The notes beneath the pieces were generated by a model. The model was not told the origin of the DNA. It saw nothing but the letters and a program-made list of their open reading frames with translations, and searched no databases. Position numbers and translations under genes: made by a program. 64,000 bases of DNA from Cytophagales bacterium (GTDB lineage Bacteria > Bacteroidota > Bacteroidia > Cytophagales > VRUD01), in assembly GCA_019456305.1 (NCBI GenBank), contig VRUD01000012.1, positions 3,531 to 67,530 of the forward strand, given 5' to 3'. This document shows positions 46,501-52,978 of the stretch, one piece after another; position 1 is the stretch's first letter, and every line of letters starts with the position of its first letter.

Positions 46501-46989
46501 TGTGGCGCGACTATAAGAGTAACCGGAGGAGTACCACCTTATACTTATCAATGGAGTGATCCTACCGGACAACTTGATTTAACCAACGAAAAGGATAGTA
46601 TTGTAACTAATTTAGTAGCAGGAACCTTTGATGTTGTTGTTACTGATCTCAATGGATGTACTGTACTTAGACCGGTGAATGTAGTTTGTGCGTGTAATCC
46701 AGAACCCTATAATAGTTTTTCACCCAACAGCGATGAGGTTAATGATCTCTGGATAATTGCTAACATAGCGCCTTGCAGCCCGATTGAAGTAATCATTTTC
46801 AATAGATGGGGAGATGTGGTATGGAAGAATAGTGATGGCATTTATGATAATGAAAATGTAAAGGCAAGGCATGTCTGGGATGGTACATACTACAGAAATG
46901 GTTCACCTGTTCCTGATGGCACCTATTACTACCTGATCAAAGCTGCTGATAAAAGGCCGAAGCATAAGTGGGTTTATGTTGTGCGGTAA
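34549..46989 (+). CDS. giant (4146 aa) cell-surface adhesin: N-terminal Cys-containing modules, PKD domains, about 42 SprB-type repeats, T9SS type-B C-terminal domain
   Basis: Repeat signature C.G.C(D/N)G.A...(T/S)GGT.PYTY.WS......D...LCAGTY.V.VTD.NGC, counted 42 times. PKD: Y.W.FGDG......P.H.Y...G.Y. CTD: ..YNSFSPNSDEVNDLW.I.......IFNRWGDVVW....Y......WDG......VPDGTYYYLI. Confidence 0.95.
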   Translation: MNLKTFIVLFVFYNWFTGNLFAQSNDCATATPIDLSTGSACVTGTTVGATSDNILYGGCNTSAVNEVWYTFVTNGTVNDFTVTPATLTNSMIVVDGTGCIDGVFQTCAAVMGSSTVTDSWSFPPGTQVWIAVASNQGTEGIFDLCITSSTPPPAPGKTCATATLICDKTPFSLTSTPMGSSGLQPSCFLNAVQQDVWYQFTVGQTGTLEWLATLVGGQAEYDWAIFDITMGCPGIEVSCNYNFATGNSGSVGMQSGVMGCPPAMGSPSIKEKCQPITVTAGNTYVILIDNWSANGVGFDFTWGGTFEMAPTSALIVSPDTGCGSVTACFTNNSVGATSYDWNFGDGSMNSTAFTPPCHTYSTPGTYLISLTTTSASGCTDVSSASVQVFQGPTSIFTASPSPICIGDTAIITYAGNATPGATYTWNFAGGTIITGTGQGPYAIGWSTSGVKNITLQVTENGCLSTITTISITVTPAPTSTFTATTPLCFGDSSVVTYTGTAGVGAAYNWDFDGGIILSGTGQGPYQISWSTSGIKNITLYVIENGCSSDTTTISVTTPAPLTLTLSKTDVTCFGACNGTASASAVTGGTSPYTYLWDDPLSQTTVTATGLCAGTYAVTVTDANGCTITCGGFLLTCFEITSILVDVCTAGNEGEQEMFAFQVGSSSLNTADMSVVWPNNSWKGVCTDPVFVADANSTITGGGYLVEPPGGIIPAGASVIMVTSTAFNTSFASFVDLSDTVYIIFQCAGSLTGHFANYSAGGGTRTLTVTFAGCGADIVSYERDLLSSSNGAAVNYDFAGNPTYFNNGCTAPFDNFAATLCVIVSEPAPISLSTTTSPTTCAGDCDGSATVVVDSGGTPGFTYSWNDLGSQTTATATGLCAGIFTVVVTDANGCTATATDTVNDGPLALAGFTYNGNQCLTGNNFIFTNTGTPPGPGISYTWSFGDMGTNTLENPTHTYADTGSYTVIQTVTNGVCSAVFSIVITVFPEPTASIAGTNVTCNGVCNGAADLTVTGGTGPYTWLWSPGGEITEDLIGLCPGTYDVTVTDVNGCQDSAVIVITEPPLLSLLISKTDLICNAVCNGTADLTVTGGTTPYTYLWSHGPTTQDVTGLCAGTYQVVVTDSNGCQDSISVVITEPTALSLSVSGTNLICNGMCDGAADLTVIGGTTPYTYAWSHGPATQDVTSLCAGTYEVIVTDSNSCQDSIDVIITEPPLLTVAATSTDLLCNGVCDGTASAAVSGGTSPYTYQWDDPAGQTTAIADSLCAGTYQVVVTDTNGCQDSATVIINQPPVLSTLIIGDSLNCNGVCDGAADLTVVGGTPPYTYLWSNLETTQDISGLCAGLHTVDVFDVNGCNMFDAIVIGEPPLLTASIVDSNVSCNGVCDGAADVTVSGGIPSYSHSWSNLQTTEDITALCAGTYADTIRDANGCTVIVSTVISEPTALATLIAGTDITCNGVCDGAADLTVTGGTTPYTFSWSNGPTTEDISVLCADTFNLAVTDSNGCTISDLVIINEPPVLLTTISGTNVTCNGACNGSADLTVTGGTPGYSYLWSPGGETSQDLMGGLCLGTYDVTVTDLNGCQDSATVIITEPLVLSTAVAGTNVSCNGFCNGSADLTVTGGTLPYLFLWSNLQTTEDISGLCADTFSVTVTDSNLCTGSETVIITEPPLLTANVVGTNISCNSVCDGSADLTVSGGTLPYSYLWSNTDTTEDISGLCPGTYSVTVTDSNGCTASDSAIVIEPTPIALTVSGTDVTCNGACDGQASASVSGGTTPYTYQWNDPFLQTTPTADSLCAGTYQALITDANGCQDSATAAIIEPPVLTASTAGNDASCNGVCDGDATVTPSGGTSPYTYQWDDPSFQINDTATGLCADTVNVTVTDSNGCTFDTSYTVNEPAAMTLTPGSVDATCGIANGEASVFVSGGTSPYTYLWSPGSQTTDTITGLSAGAYTVVVTDANLCSDSITISVNDAGAPTASIVDSINVSCNGGNDGSATATGSGGVRPFTWSWSPPAVSTDSFATGLQAGTYTITITDDLVCVATATVTISEPLVLIASITSNVPVACNGDSTGSATVSVSGGTPGYTYSWSPYGGTGSIAVNLIAGTYTVTVTDTNGCDTTASVTISEPPPLTTAITDTSVSCNGTCDGAADLTVTGGTFPYIFSWSNTATTEDIAGLCADTFYILVTDLNLCTISDSVIITEPDSLIAGIAGTNVSCKDSCNGAADLTVSGGTLPYSWLWSTSDIIEDLAGLCAATYSVTVTDSNGCTVSESIIISEPGVLATGITDTNVSCFGACDGSADLTVAGGTSPYTYLWSNGFTTQDISALCPDTFIVTVTDTNLCTISDTAIITQPNVLTAAIAGTNVSCNLACDGTAILTVTGGTLPTTFLWSNGAGTKDVFSLCADTYNVTVTDANGCTAADTVIISEPLALTASIAGTNVSCNSACDGVADLTVTGGTAPYDYLWSNLATIEDISGLCADTYNVTVTDTNGCTASDTVIITEPLALTAAIAGTNVSCNGDCNGAADLTVAGGILPYSYSWTSGDSIEDLINLCANVYDVTVTDSNGCTVITGIVISEPAALTSNIAGTDLSCNGACDGAADLSVIGGVIPYTYSWSSGDSTEDLTNICADTFIVTVTDSIGCTLSDTIIITEPAILIATDSATNASCNGGSDGAIDLTVTGGTLTYTYVWCHGPTSEDVTNLIAGNYCVTVTDGNGCTATDSVTISEPDSLVLTTSTIDANCGQNDGQASVIVTGGVVPYSYSWNTFPVQANDTAFNLLSGIYTVTVTDSNICTQTATVTISDLGGGTPTITLNKNETCFNFPCDGSATVTMTGGTPGFTYLWDNSDPDSTATTLCADTHTVTVTDAVGCVSIAQVVITKPDAININISSSGALCNGDSSGVATATVTGGTPGYTYSWTSYGGNDSIADSLITGVYTLVVLDAAGCFAAGATVIGEPPPLTATVTVTNASCNGYCDGLATVTPLGGTFPPYFYLWSDGQDTSTAVGLCAATYCVTVTDANNCTWDTCVTVNEPPAIVLTTGTIDATCDSSNGAAFVNIVSGGIAPFTYQWNDGGSQITDTATGLPSGTYTVVVTDSTGCLNSATVVVIDVGSPTAAIISSGDASCFGLCDGFAVVSAAGGTSPYTYLWDDSNSTTGASTGNILCAGFYSATVADVNGCKAFDTITISEPDSLIAAFTTVDEGCYNACDGQATVSVIGGTAPFSYLWINDPLFQTTPTADSLCGGTYTVQITDSNGCISAADVTVAAAPLLDIAPIITTDATCDSANGTASATVIGGVFPYTYLWVNGSGDTVSTSSIATGLPGGVYTITVTDATGCDTSAIANVNDEPIPTLSLNSIVDLTCFGDSSGSITVSIASGGAPPFSFSWDNGDTTATANNLTAGTHIVVVTDSNGCIASADTTLTEPSPINAAISSQTPPTCPGACNGLATVSSSGGTTPYTYQWDDPLAQTTVTAVGLCADTHIVYVSDANGCPGDSSTVILVDPDTIVITPVLIQNISCSGFCDGVITVTVSGGTPSYISYWPATNDSALTATNLCPGTYTVLVTDDNNCLESDTFSISQPPTLVLSLDTSLADTCGRSSGIAMVNTSGGASPYSYSWNTFPVQTNDTATGLATGTYTVTVTDTNGCMDSINVVVDNIPGPAIDTLLILQQIICTGDSNGIVTVTVKEGAPPYTYSWSPIAGSADTVYGLYGAQWYAVTVTDNNGCFTEDSILVPEPAALTANITNSPESCTFACNGTAMVSILGGIPPYTYQWKDSLGIIIPGETNSIVTSLCAGTYGVTVTDSIGCVTNSSVSISSSVFSSGTTITDVSCKGLCDGSVTISPSGGGNGPYLYFFDRDSFAIALADTTVVGLCPGSYQYSILDTILGCFTEDSIAITEPASLFATKKRTPEICTNSQGTASILPTGGTLPYTYNWTSGDTTQTATGLTEGIDTVTVTDNNGCTILDTVMISRIYDTLITTIDTLSESCGATIRVTGGVPPYTYQWSDPTGQLDLTNEKDSIVTNLVAGTFDVVVTDLNGCTVLRPVNVVCACNPEPYNSFSPNSDEVNDLWIIANIAPCSPIEVIIFNRWGDVVWKNSDGIYDNENVKARHVWDGTYYRNGSPVPDGTYYYLIKAADKRPKHKWVYVVR

Positions 46990-46993
46990 ATAT

Positions 46994-48622
46994 TTATAAC
47001 TGCGAAACCGTTTTCCCCTTCGGATATTTCACTGAAAACTTAAAGAGCACTTTCTTCGTTTCAGCAGGTTTGAGGGCTAATTTCCAGGTGAGTTTCCCGG
47101 TGTTTTTATTGTAAACAGCGCCGGAAGATTCAATGAGCTCTACCTCTATCTGGCTCTGTTTGGAAACAGGCGCCTGGTCTTCAATGGTTATTTCAATAAG
47201 GTCTCTTTTGATATTTCTTACAGAAAGCTCATAGGCAAAAGTTTCTTTTATATTGGTGCCTATCACTCTTCTCTTAGTAAGGTCTTTTATCTTTTCACGC
47301 TTGATGATCACCTTTTTATCTCTGCCTAAGGAAATATCCAGCGTATCTCTTATGTTTTGCACATCCAGTATTGATTCTGCTACATAAGTTCCCTCAAAAT
47401 AGATGTTTGCCTTACCGGAAAGTAAATTGTACTCTTCCCAGCCGGTTACTTCCGCTACCAGAAAAGCATCTTTATCCATTTTGGGAATTGCAAAATGTTT
47501 GTAGCCGGCAGAAAGCTCGTATTTTTGTATATCTATTAGTTTTGGCTTGCCATCGGATGAAACCGAGTAAGGCAGGGCGATCTTGAATTCAGTGGCTACA
47601 GACGACTCGGTTACTTGTGTAAAATCTGCTATGGATTCAGCTTTTTCCATTTCCTCGAGTGTTACTGCATAATCTGCTCTACTGCTTGCTGCAGGTGCAG
47701 GAAAAGACCTGCTCTGTGGCTTCATCTTACCTTTTTTCTGATACGATATTACAACAGGCGTATAAAAATCCACATACCAGGCAGCTAATGAAGGTTTGGT
47801 ACCACCCTGGGCAGGATTTGCGGTAGAAAGAGTAAATTTTACTTTGTTCCAATCTACGCCTGTGTTCTGCCATACATTGGCTTTATAGCTTAACTGGATG
47901 GGGCTCCTGGTGTCTTTAGCTCTTAAGTCATATATCGGGACCCAGCCTGCATTTTGAACTAAATAATTTAATTCCAACGTAGCTGTGGTTTTTGCTTTTG
48001 CAGAAACGCTCACCAAGATTTCACCCGTAGGCTGGTTTCTTCTTTTATTGAGCTCATTGAGCTGGCTATTAATTTTTACTACCCTTTTGTTTATTTTTTG
48101 CATTTTTCTATCATTTTTCAAACGCCTGTTTCTAATGTCGGTCAACCTGGTTCTGAAGAAATCTGCGGCTCGCTGCAATTCAGCTATTGAAACCCCATTA
48201 TCCTGTCCGCCAATAGCCTGGTTTTTAAGGATCATAATTTCTTCTTTGGTCAAAACATCCACTACATTGGCATACTGTTCCAACTCCCTCTGATAGTATC
48301 TTAGAGAATCTTCTAATTTAATAAGCTTCGGTGTTTTTTTCTGCTGATCCAGATAATTGACCTTATGCTGCACAGACATGATAACGATGCCCCCTTTACC
48401 CGAAGCCTGGATGCTTTGCTTATCTATATATGCGGATAGATTGTCAAAAACCAGGTTGGTTAAACCTGCATCAACAGTAGTCTTAGCGGCCCTGGTTATT
48501 TGTGCTTTGTTAAGAAATACCGTTACATGCTTAATATTTGAAGCGAGTGTTTTCTCTGTGTCAGCATTTGCTGAATATATAGTTGAGAATAACGCAATAA
48601 TGAATAAAGAGCTATTTTTCAT
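46994..48622 (-). CDS. DUF4139 / mucoidy-inhibitor MuiA family protein
   Basis: N-terminal ..I..VTVFLNKAQITR......D.G...L.F..LS..ID..SIQA.G.G; coiled-coil middle; 542 aa. Confidence 0.7.
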   Translation of the reverse strand: MKNSSLFIIALFSTIYSANADTEKTLASNIKHVTVFLNKAQITRAAKTTVDAGLTNLVFDNLSAYIDKQSIQASGKGGIVIMSVQHKVNYLDQQKKTPKLIKLEDSLRYYQRELEQYANVVDVLTKEEIMILKNQAIGGQDNGVSIAELQRAADFFRTRLTDIRNRRLKNDRKMQKINKRVVKINSQLNELNKRRNQPTGEILVSVSAKAKTTATLELNYLVQNAGWVPIYDLRAKDTRSPIQLSYKANVWQNTGVDWNKVKFTLSTANPAQGGTKPSLAAWYVDFYTPVVISYQKKGKMKPQSRSFPAPAASSRADYAVTLEEMEKAESIADFTQVTESSVATEFKIALPYSVSSDGKPKLIDIQKYELSAGYKHFAIPKMDKDAFLVAEVTGWEEYNLLSGKANIYFEGTYVAESILDVQNIRDTLDISLGRDKKVIIKREKIKDLTKRRVIGTNIKETFAYELSVRNIKRDLIEITIEDQAPVSKQSQIEVELIESSGAVYNKNTGKLTWKLALKPAETKKVLFKFSVKYPKGKTVSQL

Positions 48623-48631
48623 GATAAAATA

Positions 48632-48716
48632 GTGTTTAATGTTGTTTAGGTGTTCGCGTGTTCATGCGTTCAAGAGAACTAACATTAACACGTGAATACT
48701 TGAACACATTAACACA
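48632..48716. repeat. 85-bp imperfect palindrome of the tgaacacgtg family
   Basis: gtgtttaatgttg...gtgttcgcgtgttcatgcg...cacgtgaatacttgaacacattaacac. 10 nt upstream of ATG 48622. Confidence 0.8.
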
Positions 48717-48759
48717 TTTGGCTCTATTCTAAATATTGGTTGATAGTAATTATAAAAAC

Positions 48760-48922
48760 AGTTGGCAGTTGGCATTTTCAAGTTGGTTCCGAGTACTCGG
48801 GAGCAATTGGCAGTTGGCAAAAAACTCCCTCGTCAAAGGCGAGGAAAGATTTGCCAACTGCCAACTGCATTTTGCCAACTTATTGAATTTACTGAGCCGA
48901 AAACCGATCCCGAGTACTCGGG
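48760..48922. repeat. composite repeat: (CAGTTGG)n arrays in inverted orientation plus two exact CCGAGTACTCGG palindromes
   Basis: cagttggcagttggca (48760), caattggcagttggca (48804), tgccaactgccaactg (48852); CCGAGTACTCGG at 48789-48800 and 48910-48921. Confidence 0.9.
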
Positions 48923-48965
48923 ATCATCCAATATTTAGAAAAGAGCCACACATTTTTAAGATCTC

Positions 48966-50105
48966 TCATTTCAATATCTCTTTCCCTATCACCATTTTTT
49001 GAATCTCAGAAGTACCCTCACCAATTGTACACAGTTTTGAATCCCTGTAATATTTTTCGGCAGGATAATCTTTGGTATAGCCGTAGCCTCCAAATATTTG
49101 TACAGCTTCGTTGGAGACCCTCACCGAAACTTCTGAAGCGTAATATTTAGCCATTGATCCTTCTTTATTAACAGAAAAGCCCCTGTTTTTCAGATCGGCT
49201 GCTCTATAGATCAATAATTTTGCTGCTTCTATTTCGGTAACCATATCCGCAAGTTTAAACGCAATAGCCTGAAATTCTGATATTTTTTTGTCAAATTGTT
49301 CTCTTTCTTTGGAATAGGCGAGTGCCGCTTCATAAGCACCTTCGGCAATTCCCAGTGCAAGCGCAGCAATAGATATCCGTCCACCGTCCAATACTTTCAT
49401 AGCCTGGCCAAAGCCTTCCCCTACTTTGCCCAGCATATTATCTGCTTCCACACGGCAATTTTCAAAGATCAGCTCAGTGGTTTCAGAAGCGCGCATGCCA
49501 AGCTTGTTCTCTTTCCTGCCGGAAGAAAATCCGGGTGTGCCTTTTTCAACAACAAAAGCTGTGCTGTTATGACTCTCACGCGGCTTTCCTGTACGAACGA
49601 TAACCACTGCCACATCACCGGACTTGCCATTGGTGATAAAGTTTTTAGTTCCATTGATCACCCAGTGATCACCGTCAGGAATTGCTGTTGTTCTCATAGC
49701 TGCGGCATCAGAACCTGTATTGGGTTCTGTCAATCCCCAGGCGCCTATCCATTCAGCGGTTGTTAGTTTAGGCAGCCATTTGTTTTTTTGCTCTTCAGTT
49801 CCAAACTGGAGAATATGGCCGGTACACAAAGAGTTATGTGCTGCTAACGAAAGCCCGATAGACCCGTCTATCTTAGATATTTCAGAGATAACAGTTACGT
49901 ATTCCAGGTATCCGAATCCGGCTCCGCCATATTTTTCGGGCACCAATACGCCCGTCAACCCCAGCTTGCCCATTTCTTTAAATACCTTGACAGGAAATTC
50001 CTGGCTTTCATCCCATTCCATCATTTTGGGTTTGATGTACTTTTCTCCAAAATCACGGATCATCCGGGAGATCATGTTTTGGTTTTCTGTGAATTTAAAA
50101 TCCAT
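48966..50105 (-). CDS. acyl-CoA dehydrogenase (short/branched-chain type)
   Basis: MDFKFTENQ.MI...RDF....I.P.....D....FP; GAWGLTEP..GSDA; YASE......N.A.QI.GGYGY..DYP.EK..RD.K...I.EGTSEIQ. ATG at 50105. Confidence 0.9.
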   Translation of the reverse strand: MDFKFTENQNMISRMIRDFGEKYIKPKMMEWDESQEFPVKVFKEMGKLGLTGVLVPEKYGGAGFGYLEYVTVISEISKIDGSIGLSLAAHNSLCTGHILQFGTEEQKNKWLPKLTTAEWIGAWGLTEPNTGSDAAAMRTTAIPDGDHWVINGTKNFITNGKSGDVAVVIVRTGKPRESHNSTAFVVEKGTPGFSSGRKENKLGMRASETTELIFENCRVEADNMLGKVGEGFGQAMKVLDGGRISIAALALGIAEGAYEAALAYSKEREQFDKKISEFQAIAFKLADMVTEIEAAKLLIYRAADLKNRGFSVNKEGSMAKYYASEVSVRVSNEAVQIFGGYGYTKDYPAEKYYRDSKLCTIGEGTSEIQKMVIGKEILK

Positions 50106-50324
50106 AACGTACGAATGGGTGCCAGGTGGAAACCCCGAAGAATTTTCCCCCGAGTCATTCGGGGGGACAGGCGGGGCAGGCACCTGACACCACATTAAAA
50201 AGACAAAAGTAAAAAATTTTATTCCTTTTTACTTCTTTTTTGAGGATTTTTACTGAGAAACAGGCTATCTGGCAGGGAATATTGTAATATCAAAGCAGAA
50301 AGGTTTTATTTTTAAAAATTTTTA

Positions 50325-51080
50325 TTAATAGTAATAATACTCCTCCGGCACTTTCTTGTAAATTGGTATCAGCCAGCCAAATTTTATCCCCCATAGCGTA
50401 TCAAATCTTTTCGTTTCGTCCTTTGCCATGGTATCAAAATTAAAATCCCGCCTGCTTTTGGTCCATGCCTGGGTAAATTCAATATTGATGAAAAAGTTAA
50501 TCCGCTTTTTTTTATCCAGGTAGAGGTAGCCAAAACTTTCCGTTATCGCTGATCCATTGGTCAGTCTGTCATAGCCTTTAATATAATCTCCGGCTATTTG
50601 TGGTACTGTCCGGGTAATATCCTGTATCTTTATTTTATGTTGCAACAAGCCATATCCTATCAATACAAAGCATCCTGAGTTGGCATTAGCCTTTAATATT
50701 TTATAATTCCATAATTTACCAACTTTTATAAAAGGTAATTTCATTCCTCTTTCAGAGATCCTTACTTCGGCAAACAACCCATCGCTCCCAATGATCTCCC
50801 CACTTTCTGTTTTTATACCGTCTAAAATATTATCCTCCTTTACATTGTCACCCCATAAAAAATTGCCATCAATGCCAATTATCCAGTTGCTTTTCGTTTT
50901 GAAAAAGAACCCTCCTCCAATCTCTGCATTATTGCCAAATCTGTCCGCCATATCACCTCCGGGTAATTCATAGCCTGTATTAACAAAAAAAACAGGTATA
51001 TTCGCAGCAGTGTCCTTTATTTGCGCAACCAGGGTAAAGGGGGAAAGCGCATAGAGCATAGAGCATAGCGCATAGCGCAT
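50325..51080 (-). CDS. hypothetical exported/outer-membrane-like protein; start uncertain
   Basis: I prefer ATG 51080 (MRYALCSMLYALSPFTLVAQ, signal-like, encoded by CTATGCG repeat units). The maximal ORF extends to 51245 entirely through repeat DNA. Confidence 0.55.
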   Translation of the reverse strand: MRYALCSMLYALSPFTLVAQIKDTAANIPVFFVNTGYELPGGDMADRFGNNAEIGGGFFFKTKSNWIIGIDGNFLWGDNVKEDNILDGIKTESGEIIGSDGLFAEVRISERGMKLPFIKVGKLWNYKILKANANSGCFVLIGYGLLQHKIKIQDITRTVPQIAGDYIKGYDRLTNGSAITESFGYLYLDKKKRINFFINIEFTQAWTKSRRDFNFDTMAKDETKRFDTLWGIKFGWLIPIYKKVPEEYYYY

Positions 51081-51228
51081 GGTGTATAGCATATGGCGCA
51101 TGGTGTATAGCATATGGCGCATGGCGGGCATATGCCCGACCGTATGGTCGCATGACGTATGGCGAATAACGCATAGAGCAAGGACCATAGCATTGAACGC
51201 CATGCACTTTGCTCTATGCGCTATGCTC
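51047..51228. repeat. GCATAG-family array plus a 21-bp tandem duplication and palindromes
   Basis: gcgcatagagcatagagcatagcgcatagcgcat; gcgcatggtgtatagcatatg x2 (51075-51116); ggcatatgcc; ...gctctatgcgctatgctc. Confidence 0.9.
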
Positions 51229-51252
51229 ATAACAACTTTGGTCATTTCAAAA

Positions 51253-51260
51253 CAAAATTA
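51253..51260 (-). promoter_or_regulatory. candidate -7 promoter box for the 50325 gene
   Basis: Minus strand reads TAATTTTG. Confidence 0.25.
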
Positions 51261-51440
51261 GTAATTTTAATCATAAAAATATAATTTTGCATACCTTTGC
51301 GTATTGATGTTATTAAAGTTTAATATACAAATGCAGTAGTAAAGCTCTATCATGATGAATTGGGGACAGTAAATTTAATGGAGTTCCTATACGCTCATTC
51401 TGACAATTTGATTATCACAATTTCCGATCTAACCAATAAT

Positions 51441-51605
51441 TTTAGTTCATGGTTTTTGGTTATTAGTTTTAGTTATTTGGTTATTAGTTTTAGTTCATTG
51501 GTTCAATAGTTTGCTAATGCCGGACTCATGGCACGACCAACAAACTAAAAAACTATAACCATAAACTATCAAACCATAACCAAAAACTAACAACCAAAAA
51601 CTAAA
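51441..51605. repeat. about 165-bp imperfect palindrome of AT-rich (TTAGTTT/GGTTAT) units upstream of ugd
   Basis: Left arm tttagttcatggtttttggttattagttttagtt... pairs with right arm ...aaccataaccaaaaactaacaaccaaaaactaaa. GC-rich loop ctaatgccggactcatggcacgacc. Confidence 0.85.
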
Positions 51606-51631
51606 TATTTTGCCATTTTTAATTCGCAATT

Positions 51632-52945
51632 ATGAATATAGCAGTAATTGGAACCGGTTACGTAGGCCTGGTTACAGGAACCTGTCTGGCAGAAACAGGT
51701 AATAGTGTAATATGTGTTGATATTGATGTGGAAAAGGTCCGGAAAATGAAACAGGGCATCGTCCCGATTTATGAACCTCACCTGGATATTATTTTCAAAA
51801 GAAATCTAAATCAAGGAAGATTAAGCTTTACAACCAGCCTTGAAAAAGCTGTAGCAGAAGCCAGCATCATATTTTTAGCATTACCCACACCTGCTGATGA
51901 GGATGGTTCGGCAGACCTCTCTTATGTTCTTGGTGTTGCTGAAGGGTTAGGGAAGCTTATTAATGATTATAAGGTGATCGTGGATAAGAGTACCGTACCA
52001 GTTGGAACGGCTGAAAAAGTAAGAAAAGCCGTATCAAAAAATGCTAAAAACGATTTCGATGTGGTTTCAAATCCAGAATTTTTGAGAGAGGGATATGCCG
52101 TTGATGATTTTATGAAGCCTGACAGAGTAGTCATCGGTACGAATTCAGAAAGGGCAAAAAAGATCATTGAAGAGCTTTATAAACCATTCGTTCGCCAGGG
52201 TAACCCCATCATTTTTATGGACGAAAAGTCTGCAGAGCTTACGAAATATGCTGCAAATGCTTTTCTGGCCACTAAAATCTCTTTCATGAATGAGATTGCC
52301 AATTTGTGTGAAAAAATGGGCGCTGATGTTGATATGGTTAGAAGTGGAATTGGAGCGGACAATCGTATAGGAAAGCGTTTCCTGTTTGCTGGAATTGGTT
52401 ATGGCGGGAGTTGTTTTCCAAAAGACGTCCGGGCGCTTGCTAAATCTGCCAGTGAATACCAGTATGATCCCAAAATCCTTAAAGCAGTAATGTCGGTCAA
52501 TGAAACGCAATCCCTTGTAATTGTGACAAAGATAAAAGAATATTACCAGGGTCATCTGAAGGGAAAGAAAATAGCGATCTGGGGGCTGGCATTTAAGCCG
52601 GATACCGATGATATCCGGGAGGCTCCTGCTTTAATTGTCATTCGTGAATTATTAAAAGATGGCGTAAAAATAACAGCTTTTGATCCTGAAGCAATGGATA
52701 ATGTAAGGAAAAAAGGGATTAAAATTACGTTTGCCAATGATCAATATGGTGCTCTTGAAAATGCTGACGCATTGATCATAGCTACGGAATGGTCAATATT
52801 CAGAACACCCGATTTTGATAAAATTGTAAAGCTCATGAAACAAAAAGTGATCTTCGATGGCAGGAATTTATACGATACTGATCAAATGAAAAAATTGGGG
52901 TTTTACTACAATAGTATTGGTAGGGAAGTTGTAAAAAGGAAATAA
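51632..52945 (+). CDS. ugd: UDP-glucose 6-dehydrogenase
   Basis: MNIAVIGTGYVGLVTGTCLAE.GN.V.CVD.D..KV..M..G..PIYEP.L; GGSCFPKDV; WGLAFKP.TDD.REAP. Confidence 0.9.
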   Translation: MNIAVIGTGYVGLVTGTCLAETGNSVICVDIDVEKVRKMKQGIVPIYEPHLDIIFKRNLNQGRLSFTTSLEKAVAEASIIFLALPTPADEDGSADLSYVLGVAEGLGKLINDYKVIVDKSTVPVGTAEKVRKAVSKNAKNDFDVVSNPEFLREGYAVDDFMKPDRVVIGTNSERAKKIIEELYKPFVRQGNPIIFMDEKSAELTKYAANAFLATKISFMNEIANLCEKMGADVDMVRSGIGADNRIGKRFLFAGIGYGGSCFPKDVRALAKSASEYQYDPKILKAVMSVNETQSLVIVTKIKEYYQGHLKGKKIAIWGLAFKPDTDDIREAPALIVIRELLKDGVKITAFDPEAMDNVRKKGIKITFANDQYGALENADALIIATEWSIFRTPDFDKIVKLMKQKVIFDGRNLYDTDQMKKLGFYYNSIGREVVKRK

Positions 52946-52978
52946 AGGAATAAGGAAATAGGGAATTCATCAATTAAT

